Below, one piece after another: positions 25,022-35,664 of a DNA stretch of 64,000 nt (position 1 is its first letter; each line of letters begins with the position of its first letter). Below the pieces are notes generated by a model. It ran no database searches, was not told where the DNA came from, and saw only the letters and a program-made list of their open reading frames with translations. Source of the stretch: a virus (lineage: Duplodnaviria; Caudoviricetes); IMG/VR virus record IMGVR_UViG_3300033066_001910, positions 809-64,808 of that record; one strand, given 5' to 3'. The translations under genes and the position numbers were made by a program.

Positions 25022-27060
25022 TGCGCAACCTCACCGTAGGGATTGTAGCCGGCCCGGAGGACCAGTTCGCGGAAGATGGCGTTGTTACGCGACATCATTT
25101 CGGTGGACGTCGGCGGGGCGAGCGTGTCGGCCCGCTGCTTCGCAGACTGCAGAACGGCCGTCGGCACAGGGGTAGGGTTCAGATAGCTGCGGTCCAGGCC
25201 GTCGGGCTGGTAGGTGGTGACGTCATCTGGATTCAGCATGTTGCGCTCAGCGACGCCAGACATTTCCTTCATGTTCGCCGTGTGTGATTGCAGGCGCGAC
25301 ATGTAGACGCGGCGAGCCTGGTCGACCATGTCGTACACCTGGGTGTCGGTAAGGATACGACCTTGGCCCAGGCCGCTCCAGTTTTCGAGGATCCAACGTT
25401 TCATGGCGTCTGGGATGGCGGTTGTTTCGCGAATGGTATCGTATTCACCCTTCATCACGGCGCTGTCTGGTTCGAGGACGTGCATCAGGGACATGACGAT
25501 GACGCGTTCAGTCTGTGGGGTAATGGGCGCCTTGATGACAGATTCAATTTGGCGATAGTTGTTACGGGCTGTGCTGTAGTCGCGCGACATCTGCAGCGAC
25601 TGGCTACGCATGGTGTTGGCGTCCGAGACGGACGGTTGGGGCTTCTTTAGCACGTCGCGCTGGAAGGCGGCCGCGGCGTTTTTGTACTCGGCAGAGTCTT
25701 CGCCGTATTGCGACTTGATGGCATCGAGGGATTGCGAGCCTTGGACGGCGTCGGCAACGGGCTTCGGCCCAAGGGCCGCGTTGTCGGCTTCGCGGCGCAT
25801 CGACTGCAACTGTGGGTCGTCGGTGTTCATGCTGCGGCCTTCGCGTAGCAGACGTTCGTCCTCGTAGGCTTTACCCTGGGCGGATTCCATTGGCATGCGG
25901 CTTGAGCCGGTGGCGGCAGCCGTCAACGTGTTCTGGGCATACGGGTCGCCGAGGCGATCGGCGGCCATCTTGTCGAAGGTGGCTTTACCAGCCGGTGACT
26001 GCGGATCAAACGACTGTTTCTGTACGAGCATGTCGCGCGCCGTCATCAATTCGTTGAGGCGGCGGCCCAGCACCGGGTGCGGATTGGTTTGCAACTGCTG
26101 TTGCAAGGCGGTGATCTGCTGGTCGAGTAGGTCGACGGCACGGTTAGCCTGGATGCTCGGCGGTTCTTCACGAGGCTTGTCAAGGCCTGCGGCAATACGT
26201 TCATCGGGTGTCTGCAAGCCGCTACGGGCGGCAGCTAGCCGTTGTTCAAACTCTGTAGGTTTCGGCTGCGCGTGCGGCTTGATGCCCATGGTGACGTCAC
26301 CTTTGCTGTCCATGGACATATCGGGCAGATAGCTGAAGCCAGAGGCAGCGGGCGTGCCGGAAGCGGGCGCACCAGGTGCGGCACCGACCGGAGGCGGCAA
26401 AGACGGGCTTGATTGGGCGCCATCTGGCGGTGGGCTGCCTACTGGAGCCGGAGGAGGTCCATTGAAGCCAGGGATTTGCGATTCGACGTAGCCTTGGAGC
26501 TTCGCTTGGCGTTGAGCCGTCGGGAGCATGGCTTCGGTGTATGGGGCAGCCCAGGGGTATTGCTGGCCGAGCCGTTGCAACGCCTGCGGCGACAGCTTAC
26601 CGGACATAATCAGGTCGTGGATCATCTTCTGCTGTTGTTGCTGCTGGAGCTGCTCCGGCTTGGGCATCAGCTGGGCACGGTGCGCCAGCGACAGGCCCTG
26701 CAGGACCGTCTGTGGGTTGCCGTGCGTAGCATAGCCGGAGGCGGCACCGGCTAGACCGGCGGCGAGCGGCAGGGCCCAGTCGCTGAAGCCGCCGCCTTGT
26801 GTGCTTTGGCCCGCGTTGGGGCCTGCGTCGAGCGCCGGACCAGCGGTGAGCGTCGGTAAGCCGGGCATGCCGGGCAGCGGGGGCATCATTGCCATGGTCT
26901 GCAGGCCGCCGGGGGCCTCAGGTGGTGCCGTGTATGGCGTCGGACCCAGGCCAAAGGCTGTGAATTGCGCCATGGCGTTCGGGATCGTCGTCCACGGCGG
27001 ATGCAGAGCCTCGTCGTTAGGATCCATGGGTACGTCGCCGAATAGATATTGTCCTTGCAC
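25018..27060 (-). CDS. internal virion/ejection protein (680 aa)
   Basis: Large helical Q/A/P-rich protein next to the SLT protein. Confidence 0.65.
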   Translation of the reverse strand: MQGQYLFGDVPMDPNDEALHPPWTTIPNAMAQFTAFGLGPTPYTAPPEAPGGLQTMAMMPPLPGMPGLPTLTAGPALDAGPNAGQSTQGGGFSDWALPLAAGLAGAASGYATHGNPQTVLQGLSLAHRAQLMPKPEQLQQQQQQKMIHDLIMSGKLSPQALQRLGQQYPWAAPYTEAMLPTAQRQAKLQGYVESQIPGFNGPPPAPVGSPPPDGAQSSPSLPPPVGAAPGAPASGTPAASGFSYLPDMSMDSKGDVTMGIKPHAQPKPTEFEQRLAAARSGLQTPDERIAAGLDKPREEPPSIQANRAVDLLDQQITALQQQLQTNPHPVLGRRLNELMTARDMLVQKQSFDPQSPAGKATFDKMAADRLGDPYAQNTLTAAATGSSRMPMESAQGKAYEDERLLREGRSMNTDDPQLQSMRREADNAALGPKPVADAVQGSQSLDAIKSQYGEDSAEYKNAAAAFQRDVLKKPQPSVSDANTMRSQSLQMSRDYSTARNNYRQIESVIKAPITPQTERVIVMSLMHVLEPDSAVMKGEYDTIRETTAIPDAMKRWILENWSGLGQGRILTDTQVYDMVDQARRVYMSRLQSHTANMKEMSGVAERNMLNPDDVTTYQPDGLDRSYLNPTPVPTAVLQSAKQRADTLAPPTSTEMMSRNNAIFRELVLRAGYNPYGEVAQ

Positions 27061-27623
27061 TAGCCGCGACCTCCAAAGCCGCTCTTGCCGGACTTGCGAT
27101 TGGTGGCCAAGCCGAGGGCGGCCTGGCTGGCCGTCGGGGTGCTGGCCGGCGCAGGGTTGACGGGGCCCATGGGGCTGATGGGCGGCGGTGGCGCCGGGCG
27201 TTTGAACATGGTGCCGACGGAGCCGCCGAGTGTCGCGGCGAGGTACGCGGCCATCATCTTGTCCTGTGGTGTCCAGGGGGTGCCGTTGGCAGGCAGGCCG
27301 CTGGCGCTGCCGGGGGCGATACTGCCGGGGCCCAGTTGGGCACCATTGGCCATGACGCCGGCGCCGTTCATGTCCATGGGTATGCCCATGCCGCCGGGGT
27401 TGGCAGCCAGGACGTTGCTGGTGTCGGAGAGTGACGGCCCGGGCGGCACGCCAGGCCCCATGCCTTCGGCGTCACCGGGCGTCGGCATCGGGGGCATCCG
27501 CATCGGCGGCGGAGGCGGCTCATTGAGCGGTGCCGCTTGCCGCATAATGTCTTCGGGCGGTTGCTGCGTCGTCGGCAGCTTCGGCGGATCCCCGGGTTTG
27601 CGTGTGGGCTTTGGGCTATACAT
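27060..27623 (-). CDS. Pro/Met/Gly-rich low-complexity protein (187 aa)
   Basis: Composition; position in the ejection cluster. Confidence 0.6.
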   Translation of the reverse strand: MYSPKPTRKPGDPPKLPTTQQPPEDIMRQAAPLNEPPPPPMRMPPMPTPGDAEGMGPGVPPGPSLSDTSNVLAANPGGMGIPMDMNGAGVMANGAQLGPGSIAPGSASGLPANGTPWTPQDKMMAAYLAATLGGSVGTMFKRPAPPPPISPMGPVNPAPASTPTASQAALGLATNRKSGKSGFGGRG

Positions 27624-27626
27624 CGA

Positions 27627-27905
27627 TTACATGCCTCCGCCGAATTGCGGCTTCGGTCGCTGCATCATCTGTTGCTGGAGTTGCTGTGCGGTGGCACCGG
27701 CCGTTGGCGGCTTCGCGGCCATCATACCGGTCGGCGGCGGGGCAACGGGTGGCGGCGGAGGCCCGCCCATCAGGCCGCCAGCGGCACCGCCCATCATACC
27801 ACCGGCACCCATCATTGCCGGAATCATCGAAGCGCCACCGGTGAAGGGCGCGAGTGCTGCCCCGCCGGCCATTCCGACGAGCGGCATGAGCTTGCTGAAG
27901 TCCAT
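27627..27905 (-). CDS. Gly/Met-rich small virion (pilot-like) protein (92 aa)
   Basis: AALAPFTGGAS glycine-zipper-like N-terminus; AGGAGG SD. Confidence 0.6.
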   Translation of the reverse strand: MDFSKLMPLVGMAGGAALAPFTGGASMIPAMMGAGGMMGGAAGGLMGGPPPPPVAPPPTGMMAAKPPTAGATAQQLQQQMMQRPKPQFGGGM

Positions 27906-27913
27906 AAGGCCTC

Positions 27914-28516
27914 CTACTTAGATGATTGTGAGGTCGTGGTGGTGACGGGGCTGAAACCGCCGAGCATGCCGGTGCCGCTGGCTTCGCCCAAGCCTTGCAG
28001 GCGCAGAAATTCATTCCGGCTGGCATCGGATACATTCTGTGTTGTGTCCTGCTGGAGTTGGCCGGCAGCAGCCAGATTGCCGATGCCTTGCTGCTGGCCG
28101 GCGTATTGCAGCTGGGTCGCCGGGGCGTTGATGCTGGCTGCCGTGCCGAGCAACGTCTGGCCGGCATTGTTCATCGCCTGCATCTGGCGATTGTAGTCCT
28201 GGTTGTAGATGTTGGCGGCCAGGTTGGCCGCCGACTGATCCAGGCCGGTCTGGCCTTGGTTGAGCTGCACGGCCTGCAGTTGGTTCGACATAGCCGACTG
28301 AATGAGGGGTGTCAGGGCTTGGCTCAGGCCCATCGAGGCGGATTGCGCCACGGCAGGCGATTGCCCAAGCCCTGCGAGTTGCATTTGGTTTTGGATGACG
28401 GGCATCTGCGCCATGTTGAAGGCGTCGACGCCGGCCTGGAGCGCGGGCGACTGGCCCGGGCTGCCTTGCATATATTGCTGCAGTGTCCAATCTGGAATCG
28501 CTTGTGGAATCGCCAT
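27914..28516 (-). CDS. Gln/Ala-rich DNA pilot/ejection-like protein (200 aa)
   Basis: Composition; C-terminal TTTTSQSSK; position. Confidence 0.6.
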   Translation of the reverse strand: MAIPQAIPDWTLQQYMQGSPGQSPALQAGVDAFNMAQMPVIQNQMQLAGLGQSPAVAQSASMGLSQALTPLIQSAMSNQLQAVQLNQGQTGLDQSAANLAANIYNQDYNRQMQAMNNAGQTLLGTAASINAPATQLQYAGQQQGIGNLAAAGQLQQDTTQNVSDASRNEFLRLQGLGEASGTGMLGGFSPVTTTTSQSSK

Positions 28517-28519
28517 GCG

Positions 28520-29080
28520 TTACCCTTGCTGCAGACTGGCCTGCAAGCGTGCCATTTGATCTTGAAGGGGCGAGGACCAGGCGTTGTTGTCGCGAACGAA
28601 GGGCGAGGCGCTGGTATACAGTCCTGGAGCAGCTTGACCGACAAGACTGGGGCTGACCGGCGGCATGTTGAACAGCTGGGCCTGCGGGGCACCCGGGATC
28701 TGGTCGGCTAGGTCAGCGCCGGTGTTCATGGGCGATTGGCCGGCGCCGCCATCAAAACCGAGCTTACCCATGATCTGCGACATCATCGGATTGGCGCGCG
28801 CCATGTCGAATTGGTTCGCCGCGATCATGGCCAGCGGGTTCTGCATGCGCATGAGGCTGTCGAGGCCGGAGGGTGCCTGCATGCCGGCAACGGCGGCCTG
28901 CATAGCCGACTGTTGCAGCGGGGCGATGCCGGCGACGGCGGCCGGATTCCAATTGGTAAAGAGTCCCATCGGGAGCTGGTTTTGAACGGTGCGCACAGCG
29001 TCGTTCGCACCGCTAAAGGCTCCTTGGGTGACAGGATTCGGTCCTGCGGTACTGCTGGTTTGTCCACCACCTCCGGCCAT
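28520..29080 (-). CDS. ejection/pilot-like protein (186 aa)
   Basis: Start at MAGGGGQTSST with GAGG SD; pattern typical of podophage pilot proteins. Confidence 0.6.
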   Translation of the reverse strand: MAGGGGQTSSTAGPNPVTQGAFSGANDAVRTVQNQLPMGLFTNWNPAAVAGIAPLQQSAMQAAVAGMQAPSGLDSLMRMQNPLAMIAANQFDMARANPMMSQIMGKLGFDGGAGQSPMNTGADLADQIPGAPQAQLFNMPPVSPSLVGQAAPGLYTSASPFVRDNNAWSSPLQDQMARLQASLQQG

Positions 29081-29085
29081 AGTTG

Positions 29086-29565
29086 TTACCTCACAGGGCG
29101 TCGATAGATGGTTCGGTGCAAGTCGAAGCCGGCTCGACGTGTCCAGACTTCGGTGTCGCGGGTCGTCATGAAGAGCGTTTCGGTGACATGATTCGCCGGG
29201 GGCAGTATGGCATTCGCCTCGGCGATCCACGCTTCCATCTGCGTAAGGAACGTGTCGACAAAGATCTGTGGCGTGCGCGTATCCATTTCACACTGTTGAA
29301 CCCACGCCACAGTGGCGCCATTAAACGGCTCGATCGTTGTGACGATGTGACCAATGGGACGTGTGGTGATGTCGTACGGACTGACGTCGGGCATGGCGGC
29401 CCAGATACCCAGCAAGGGTGACTTCGCCGCAAACAGTGTCCACAGATTGTGGATGAAGGCGTCCGGCTTGGCGCCATAGCGGCGGCTGAAGGCGGCGATG
29501 CGATCGACGACAGCTGGCCATAGGGCTGCGTGTGAATCCCTAGTGATACGTACGAGTGTGCTCAC
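29086..29565 (-). CDS. GNAT-fold-like virion assembly protein (159 aa)
   Basis: Size and position between tail and ejection genes; W.RRAGF C-terminal pattern. Confidence 0.5.
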   Translation of the reverse strand: MSTLVRITRDSHAALWPAVVDRIAAFSRRYGAKPDAFIHNLWTLFAAKSPLLGIWAAMPDVSPYDITTRPIGHIVTTIEPFNGATVAWVQQCEMDTRTPQIFVDTFLTQMEAWIAEANAILPPANHVTETLFMTTRDTEVWTRRAGFDLHRTIYRRPVR

Positions 29566-29583
29566 GGCTCAGTATAGCGAACT

Positions 29584-30222
29584 TTACACGACAAACCAAG
29601 CGGTCCCGTTGCTGGCAATATGGGCGACGTCCCATTGGCTGGCCAGCACGAGGGTGCCGGCCCCGTCGATCGTGTTGGCCCCGGTGGCATCGAGGGTGAC
29701 GGCGTTCGCACTGGCGTCGATTTTCTTGACGATCCATTGGCGGTCGGTGTAGTCGGCTGCGGCTGGCACTGCCACGGTGCAGGCAGCGGACGTGGCATCG
29801 ACCAGCAGGACAGAGTCCAGGCGGGTGAGGGTGTAGGTGCTGGCCGACGTGGTCACAATACGGCCGGATAGACTGCTGACTGGCGACCAGACATCGTTGT
29901 GCGCGACGTAGGTGATGCCGACGTCGGTACTGGTATAGAAACTGCCGTTCAGCAGGTCGTGGTCGACGCGGTTGGCCCGGACGTCCGTGATCGACACGGC
30001 GTTGAGCGTATAAATGATGGTTTCGAAGGCACGTTGCAGGCGGCGGATCAAGTCGTCGGCCCAGCGGCCGAAAGCGCTCGTCGTGTCGGCCGGCCGTGGT
30101 AGATCGACGTGGCTGGCCAGCTTGGGCGTCGCCTGGACGTTGATCGTCTCCGGGGCCACGCTGGCCTTAACCCAATAGCGGCGGCCGAAGTACCGCGGAG
30201 CGAAGTAGCGGCGTGCGAACAT
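29584..30222 (-). CDS. tail-associated protein (212 aa)
   Basis: MFARRYFAPRYF N-terminus; C-terminal beta module LLVDAT..VKKID..N.VT..TIDG. Confidence 0.7.
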   Translation of the reverse strand: MFARRYFAPRYFGRRYWVKASVAPETINVQATPKLASHVDLPRPADTTSAFGRWADDLIRRLQRAFETIIYTLNAVSITDVRANRVDHDLLNGSFYTSTDVGITYVAHNDVWSPVSSLSGRIVTTSASTYTLTRLDSVLLVDATSAACTVAVPAAADYTDRQWIVKKIDASANAVTLDATGANTIDGAGTLVLASQWDVAHIASNGTAWFVV

Positions 30223-30231
30223 CGGCCGTCC

Positions 30232-30975
30232 TTACGTCAGGTCGTAGGTGATGGCGCTGCGATTGCCGTCGGCATCGACCGTCGCCGTGATGCGGTCCTT
30301 GCTATCGGCAACGGCGTTGCGGATGACCACCGTGGCGGTGGCTGCGCCAGACAGCTTAGCTGCGTCGGCGGCGGCAATCAGGCGCAGGGCTTGGCGCAAC
30401 GTCAGACCCGTTTCGATGGCGTTCGCGCGATCCAGCAGGGCGTCGGCAATTTCGTTGGCCGCATCGGTCGCCAGTTCGCTAGCTCCGATGGCGTCGGCAG
30501 CAATGGCCGCGGCATCGATGGCGCCGGCCGCGTGCGCCGCGGCGGTGATCACACCGGCGGCCATGGCGCCCACGCTGGCATCGAACCGTCCGCCGACCAG
30601 GTTGGGTGCCGTAGTGCCGTTGACCTGGGTGACACTGACGTCCAGGACATCGGTGCTGAAGAGGCTGTCGTAGACGTTCGCCGTGACGACCATGAAGTCT
30701 TCCCAGATGGGCAGAGCGCCGGATTCGAACACGGCCAGCCGGAGCAGCCCGAGGGTGCCGGTGTCGGTGGCGTCCAGCGTGACCTCATAAAAGCCGTTCT
30801 CCTCGTGGGACAACGTCTGTGCAGCGTTCTTCTGCGCCCAGTTGGCGCCGTTTTTCTTCAGGCGGATGTCCGGCTGGGTAATGGTCAGGGCCGTCTCGGC
30901 GGTGCGACCGTCCGTCTCATCGAGGAATGGGCCTATCGGAACATCAACCGACGTACTCTGCTTCAAATACCTCAT
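30232..30975 (-). CDS. virion structural protein (247 aa)
   Basis: MRYLKQST..IGPFLD..G.Y...L..TDT.TLG..; C-terminal RITATVDADGNR. Confidence 0.7.
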   Translation of the reverse strand: MRYLKQSTSVDVPIGPFLDETDGRTAETALTITQPDIRLKKNGANWAQKNAAQTLSHEENGFYEVTLDATDTGTLGLLRLAVFESGALPIWEDFMVVTANVYDSLFSTDVLDVSVTQVNGTTAPNLVGGRFDASVGAMAAGVITAAAHAAGAIDAAAIAADAIGASELATDAANEIADALLDRANAIETGLTLRQALRLIAAADAAKLSGAATATVVIRNAVADSKDRITATVDADGNRSAITYDLT

Positions 30976-31643
30976 GCGGCTCTCCTTCGGCGATAGTAGG
31001 CTTGATGGGGCACGATGCTGGTCGCGGGTGCGCCGACCGTCGGCTTGATCGGCACGGCGACGATGGCCCACGTCTGGCTGCTGCTGTTGGACCACGACAT
31101 GGTCGTACTGGCGGCGCCGACCTCCGTACTGCCGGCATACTTGATAAAGCCGGAGGAGGCGATGGCGTTCCAGCGCTGTGTTTGGCCGGCGCCAACCGAC
31201 AACGTCCCACCGTGGACGATAACGAGGCCGTCGTCGACGAGTTCGTCGGTGGCGCTGCTGACGTCGACTGTTGGTGTCGTGCCGGTGCCTGTGGCGGTCA
31301 CGGCGGTGCCCAACGGCACGGTTTGGTGGACATCGTTGTACGAGATGGCACCGGCACCGAGATCGAAGACGTTACCCGACACCGTGACGACAATGTTGTA
31401 GGTACCGACGTCGGGCGCGATCAGATAGTACGCAGTGATCCAGTATTGACCATTCGTGGTCGCGCCGCCGGGCACGGCCGTCAGGGCCACGCCATTGTAG
31501 GTAATGTCGGTCACCGGATCGCTGCTGTCGTAGTGCGAAACGGTGACGCGAAGGAGGCGGTCGGCACCGCTGCAGGTGTGCGCCCAGGTGAACGGGCCGA
31601 CGCCGTTGCCGGCGAAACTGCTGACGCTAGCGACGGTGGGCAT
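30972..31643 (-). CDS. beta-rich virion/tail protein (223 aa)
   Basis: T/S/G-rich beta pattern; AGGAG SD. Confidence 0.65.
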   Translation of the reverse strand: MPTVASVSSFAGNGVGPFTWAHTCSGADRLLRVTVSHYDSSDPVTDITYNGVALTAVPGGATTNGQYWITAYYLIAPDVGTYNIVVTVSGNVFDLGAGAISYNDVHQTVPLGTAVTATGTGTTPTVDVSSATDELVDDGLVIVHGGTLSVGAGQTQRWNAIASSGFIKYAGSTEVGAASTTMSWSNSSSQTWAIVAVPIKPTVGAPATSIVPHQAYYRRRRAA

Positions 31644-31659
31644 CGTTGCTCCTACGTAC

Positions 31660-33210
31660 TTATACCATGCCGATGGGCCAGCCCATCAAAGCGGCGCCAC
31701 GGTGGCGCATCGTGCTCCGAGCGGCCTGCCCGCTGTGCTTAACTTTCCAGAACTGCCCGCGGGTGTTCGGGAACGTCAGCAGGTGTTCGCTGTCCTCGTT
31801 CAGGTAGAACGTCTTGCTCTGCGGCGTTTCAACGTCGCCGAGGCTGTCGCTGACTGACAGGTCGACGGTGACTTGCAGGGCCTCGGTCATCTTGCGCCAG
31901 TAGCTGACGAGGCCGTCGCAGTACATGCGGGTGCCGATCTGCGCAGGCGCCTGCCAGCCGTGTTCGAAGTGCCAGGTGATGTCGGTGCCGTCGTCGTTCT
32001 GGGCCTGGCCGAAGGCGTAGACGTTGCCACTGCTGTCGCCGAATAGCACACTGCGGACACCAATGCCTTCGCCGGACATCGCATCGATACTAGCGTAGAC
32101 GCTGGACAGACCGTCGATCGTCGCGCTGTAGTTCGTCAGGGAGTCGATGGTGCTGGTCGACTGGGTGAGCCATTCGGCTGCCGCGGTGATTTCGTCGCTG
32201 AAGGTATGCGGAAACAAGGCACCGGTCTTGAGGTTCTGGTTGATGGCTCGGACGGTGTCGCTGGTGCCGGCCTTCAGGTAGCCAAACCAGATCTCGGGCT
32301 CTTGTGTGCTGACGCTGAAGGCGAAGGACCGGCGACGTTCACTGATCGAGAACTGCTGCTTGAGAGTGTCGGCCAGCGGCTCGCCATAGGGCTGGATCCG
32401 ATTGCCGTCAAACTGGTACAGGTTGCCGTCCTCGCCCAGCCAGTAATGGATGCCGTTTTGCTCGATGAGGGCGCTGGCGCTGGCGGGTCCGCTGGTACGG
32501 CCCACGAACTGGAATTGGAAGGGCTGCAGGGCGGCCTGCAGTGACGCCACGTAGACGCAGTCCTCCTTGTACACGGCGAAGCTGTTCGGGCCGAGCGGGC
32601 GGCCTGCTGTGACCACGCCGGGCGTGTCGCGCAATTCTGCAAAGTCGTTCACGCCCCAGCTGGCGCGATTGTTGAAGCCGGACCATTGGACGCGATAGTC
32701 GTTGCCGCCGGGGCGGAACAGGATGACACGGCCGCCGGCGACGCAGATGTCGCGGGCGCTGGCCGGTGGCGTGCCGCCCGTCTGGACAAAGTCGGTGCCG
32801 ACGCCGTCCCATTCGTGCAGGCTGTTGGCGTCGTTCACCCGCAGAATGTACGTCGTGCCGGATTGCACATAGCTGGCAAAGCGAACCGGCTGGGTCGCGC
32901 TGCTGACCGCCCAGGTGCCGGTGATGGCCGTGAGCGACGTCCCGTTGTACGAGTACGCATTGTCTGTCGTATGGACGACGACGTTGGTGCCGTCCAGCGG
33001 GCTGCCGCGATAGCCGATGCCGATGATGCGGCTTTCGTCCGCCGTGGTGGCCAGCAGCGTGTAGCCCGGCCGTGGTCGGCCTTCGCCGTCCCGGATCAGC
33101 CAGTTGTTGCTGGACAGCCACCGGTCGGCCGGAATAGCGGCGAAGTTCAAGTCTTCGCGGACACCGCCGGGGTACTGCAGCAGTTGGTGTTTGATCTTGC
33201 CACGAGGCAC
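31660..33210 (-). CDS. tail tubular/nozzle (P22 gp10 / T7 gp12-like) protein (516 aa)
   Basis: Beta-propeller-like repeats (VQWSG.N....W, YWLG.DG); position. Confidence 0.7.
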   Translation of the reverse strand: MPRGKIKHQLLQYPGGVREDLNFAAIPADRWLSSNNWLIRDGEGRPRPGYTLLATTADESRIIGIGYRGSPLDGTNVVVHTTDNAYSYNGTSLTAITGTWAVSSATQPVRFASYVQSGTTYILRVNDANSLHEWDGVGTDFVQTGGTPPASARDICVAGGRVILFRPGGNDYRVQWSGFNNRASWGVNDFAELRDTPGVVTAGRPLGPNSFAVYKEDCVYVASLQAALQPFQFQFVGRTSGPASASALIEQNGIHYWLGEDGNLYQFDGNRIQPYGEPLADTLKQQFSISERRRSFAFSVSTQEPEIWFGYLKAGTSDTVRAINQNLKTGALFPHTFSDEITAAAEWLTQSTSTIDSLTNYSATIDGLSSVYASIDAMSGEGIGVRSVLFGDSSGNVYAFGQAQNDDGTDITWHFEHGWQAPAQIGTRMYCDGLVSYWRKMTEALQVTVDLSVSDSLGDVETPQSKTFYLNEDSEHLLTFPNTRGQFWKVKHSGQAARSTMRHRGAALMGWPIGMV

Positions 33211-33211
33211 G

Positions 33212-35659
33212 TTACAACACCTCCACCACCATACCGCGGCAGCTGATGTCGCCAGCGTTGGCTGTGCCGTTCTGCCCGGTGACCTTGATGATGATGTTCG
33301 CTGTATCGGTGATCGAGATGGCCGTGCTAATCGTGTCCTGCGGCGTCGTACTCATCAGCATGAAGGAGCTGTAGGTCTGCTGGCCGCTGCTGATGCGGAC
33401 GACGTAGGCCTCAGTCACCCAGTCGAGGCCGTTTGGCGCCGCCGTGGTGTTGTTTACCTGCAGGGTGGTGCCGCCGAACTTCAGGCGGATCGTCTTGGTG
33501 TTACCGTTGGCGGCGGTATCACCCCAGGCGCGAATGCGAAGCGCGCGGCCATTGGTGCCGAGGACGTTCGCTGGTAGGGTGTAGGACTGCAGGTCCGTCT
33601 CGGTGGTGTTGGCACCGGTCGACGTGCTGGTATACAGCGTGGTGGCGACGGCCGGCATGCGAGCGGTCGACACCGAACTGCCCATGATCGTCCGCTTGTC
33701 GTTCGCTTCAACGACGGTCGTACCGGTGATATACAGCGGGCCGACGTCCACATCGGAGAAGGTGCTGATCAGGCCGGATTCGCCGCTGGCCGACCGGCCA
33801 TTGCTATTGCCGTCGAAATAGCCGCTAAAGAAGGCTTTGCGCTTGGTCCCGCCGCTGTCGGCGTCGATCGCCCGATAGGTGCCGGCCGACTCGATGCTCC
33901 AGTTGACGACGTGCAGGTCCGGGCCGCTGACATAGTCGATGGAGGAGGAGGCCCCGGCGCTGAACAAGAACGCCCGGGCTTGCAGGTCTTTCATGACGTT
34001 GTGACCGAAGGCGATTTTCTTGATCTTGCTGGCGCCGGTCGTCTCGACGGCGACAAATGTGACGGCGCTGTTGCTGCTGCCTCCGTCGCCGATCGTATCG
34101 CAGTAGTTATACTCAAATTGCATCAGGGCATGGTCGAAGCTGTCGGACTGCATGGTGCAGGCGGCATTACTGTTGCGAATGTCGTTGTGGACGGCCGACC
34201 ACAGCTGCGTGGCATCGTTGCCGGCACCGCCGGTAAAGTGCGTCAGCTTGATGGCCTCGCTAATCGAATTGGCGATGCGATTCGACCGGATGAACAAGCC
34301 GCTCGTCTGCAGGCAATAGATACAATGGTCGCCTTGTGTATTGCTGTCCAGGATATTGCCTTCAACGATGGCGAGCAGACAATTGCTGGTCGTGATGCAA
34401 TTGCTGACGGGTCCGCCGGAACCAATCGTCGTGCAGCGGATGTTGCACTGTTTGATGGTGGCCAGGTAGACAGCTTGATCGACGCCACCGTCGACATAAA
34501 TCCCGAAGTTGAAACCGTCGGAGTTGACGTTGTGGACGTCGAGAACGAAGCCGGCCGTGCTGGTCCAGTGGCTGGCGTTGTTGGCGTCGACGGTGATGGC
34601 CTTTTGTCCGTTGTCGGCAGTCAACGCGACCGCCATGTTGATCGACAGATCGGTGACGCGGAGGAACTTGCTGGTGCCGGTGACGCGAATGCCGTGGATC
34701 AAGCTGGAGGACGTCGCCTGTTTGATGATCGTGGCGTACGTACCGGCGCCCTTGAACCACAGATGGCGGCCAGCCGTCAGGATCTGATCGTCGATGTCGT
34801 AGATGCCGCCGGCGAAATCGACGGTGCCGGAGCCGCCGGCCGGAAACAGCGCAATGGCATTGTTGATGTTATCGAGGTTGGTGGCAGCGGCGACGCCCAC
34901 ACCAGCACCCGTCCACTCCGGGTAGACCCAGGTCTGGCTGGCAGTGTTGCCGAGGATGGCGACACCCGTGCCGGTATAGGTGAAGATCTGCCGGCGCGGC
35001 GCCTTGATGGGCCCGCTGATCGTCAAAGTCACGCCATTGGCAATCGCCAAGCTGCCCTGGCCTTGGAAGTCGAGGGTGACGTTGGCCGGCACGGTGACGT
35101 TTGTAGTCACTGCGCAGGACTTGCCGATCACCAGGGTCGCCTGTGTGCTGCTGATGGCCGACAGGGCGGCGTTCAGCGTCGAGTAGGCCCCGGCGATCCA
35201 GTTGTACCCAAAGAGGTGCGCGACGGCGCTGCCGAAGTCGCCCACGAGGCCTTGTGGGCCGTCGTCCAGCCAGACTACTTTGCCTTCGCTACCGGCGGCG
35301 GGCAGACTGGCCTCGAGCGTCGGGGTGATGATCGGAGCGGTGAGCGTCTTGTTGGTCAGCGTCTGCGCCTGATCGCTCGTCGTCAGCGTCTGCACCGCCG
35401 AGCCATCGTAGTACTTCAACGCCGTGCTGTTGCGCTGGACTTCGCCGGCGGCCGACGGGTTGGTTCCGCTGTTCTGGAAGATGACTTTTTGCAGACCGGC
35501 GGCGGTCACCGACAGGGCGGCGGCGCTGACGTTCGTGTTGTTGGCAATACCGAGGATGTCCAGGACGGCCGTCTTGAAGTCCTGGATGATGGTGTCGAGG
35601 GTGCCGGGGTCGGCGCTGCCAGCCGGGTCGGCGCTATTAATCTTATTGGGAAGCGACAT
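33212..35659 (-). CDS. tailspike/tail fibre with a parallel beta-helix (815 aa)
   Basis: N-terminal head-binding region; LDFQGQGSLAI module; FPAGG..G.Y; N/D/I-rich pectate-lyase-like repeats. Confidence 0.8.
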   Translation of the reverse strand: MSLPNKINSADPAGSADPGTLDTIIQDFKTAVLDILGIANNTNVSAAALSVTAAGLQKVIFQNSGTNPSAAGEVQRNSTALKYYDGSAVQTLTTSDQAQTLTNKTLTAPIITPTLEASLPAAGSEGKVVWLDDGPQGLVGDFGSAVAHLFGYNWIAGAYSTLNAALSAISSTQATLVIGKSCAVTTNVTVPANVTLDFQGQGSLAIANGVTLTISGPIKAPRRQIFTYTGTGVAILGNTASQTWVYPEWTGAGVGVAAATNLDNINNAIALFPAGGSGTVDFAGGIYDIDDQILTAGRHLWFKGAGTYATIIKQATSSSLIHGIRVTGTSKFLRVTDLSINMAVALTADNGQKAITVDANNASHWTSTAGFVLDVHNVNSDGFNFGIYVDGGVDQAVYLATIKQCNIRCTTIGSGGPVSNCITTSNCLLAIVEGNILDSNTQGDHCIYCLQTSGLFIRSNRIANSISEAIKLTHFTGGAGNDATQLWSAVHNDIRNSNAACTMQSDSFDHALMQFEYNYCDTIGDGGSSNSAVTFVAVETTGASKIKKIAFGHNVMKDLQARAFLFSAGASSSIDYVSGPDLHVVNWSIESAGTYRAIDADSGGTKRKAFFSGYFDGNSNGRSASGESGLISTFSDVDVGPLYITGTTVVEANDKRTIMGSSVSTARMPAVATTLYTSTSTGANTTETDLQSYTLPANVLGTNGRALRIRAWGDTAANGNTKTIRLKFGGTTLQVNNTTAAPNGLDWVTEAYVVRISSGQQTYSSFMLMSTTPQDTISTAISITDTANIIIKVTGQNGTANAGDISCRGMVVEVL

Positions 35660-35664
35660 ACGTA

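Noticed and set aside
33212-35659. Diversity-generating retroelement target in the tailspike
   Set aside because: No reverse transcriptase gene and no template/variable repeat pair were seen.
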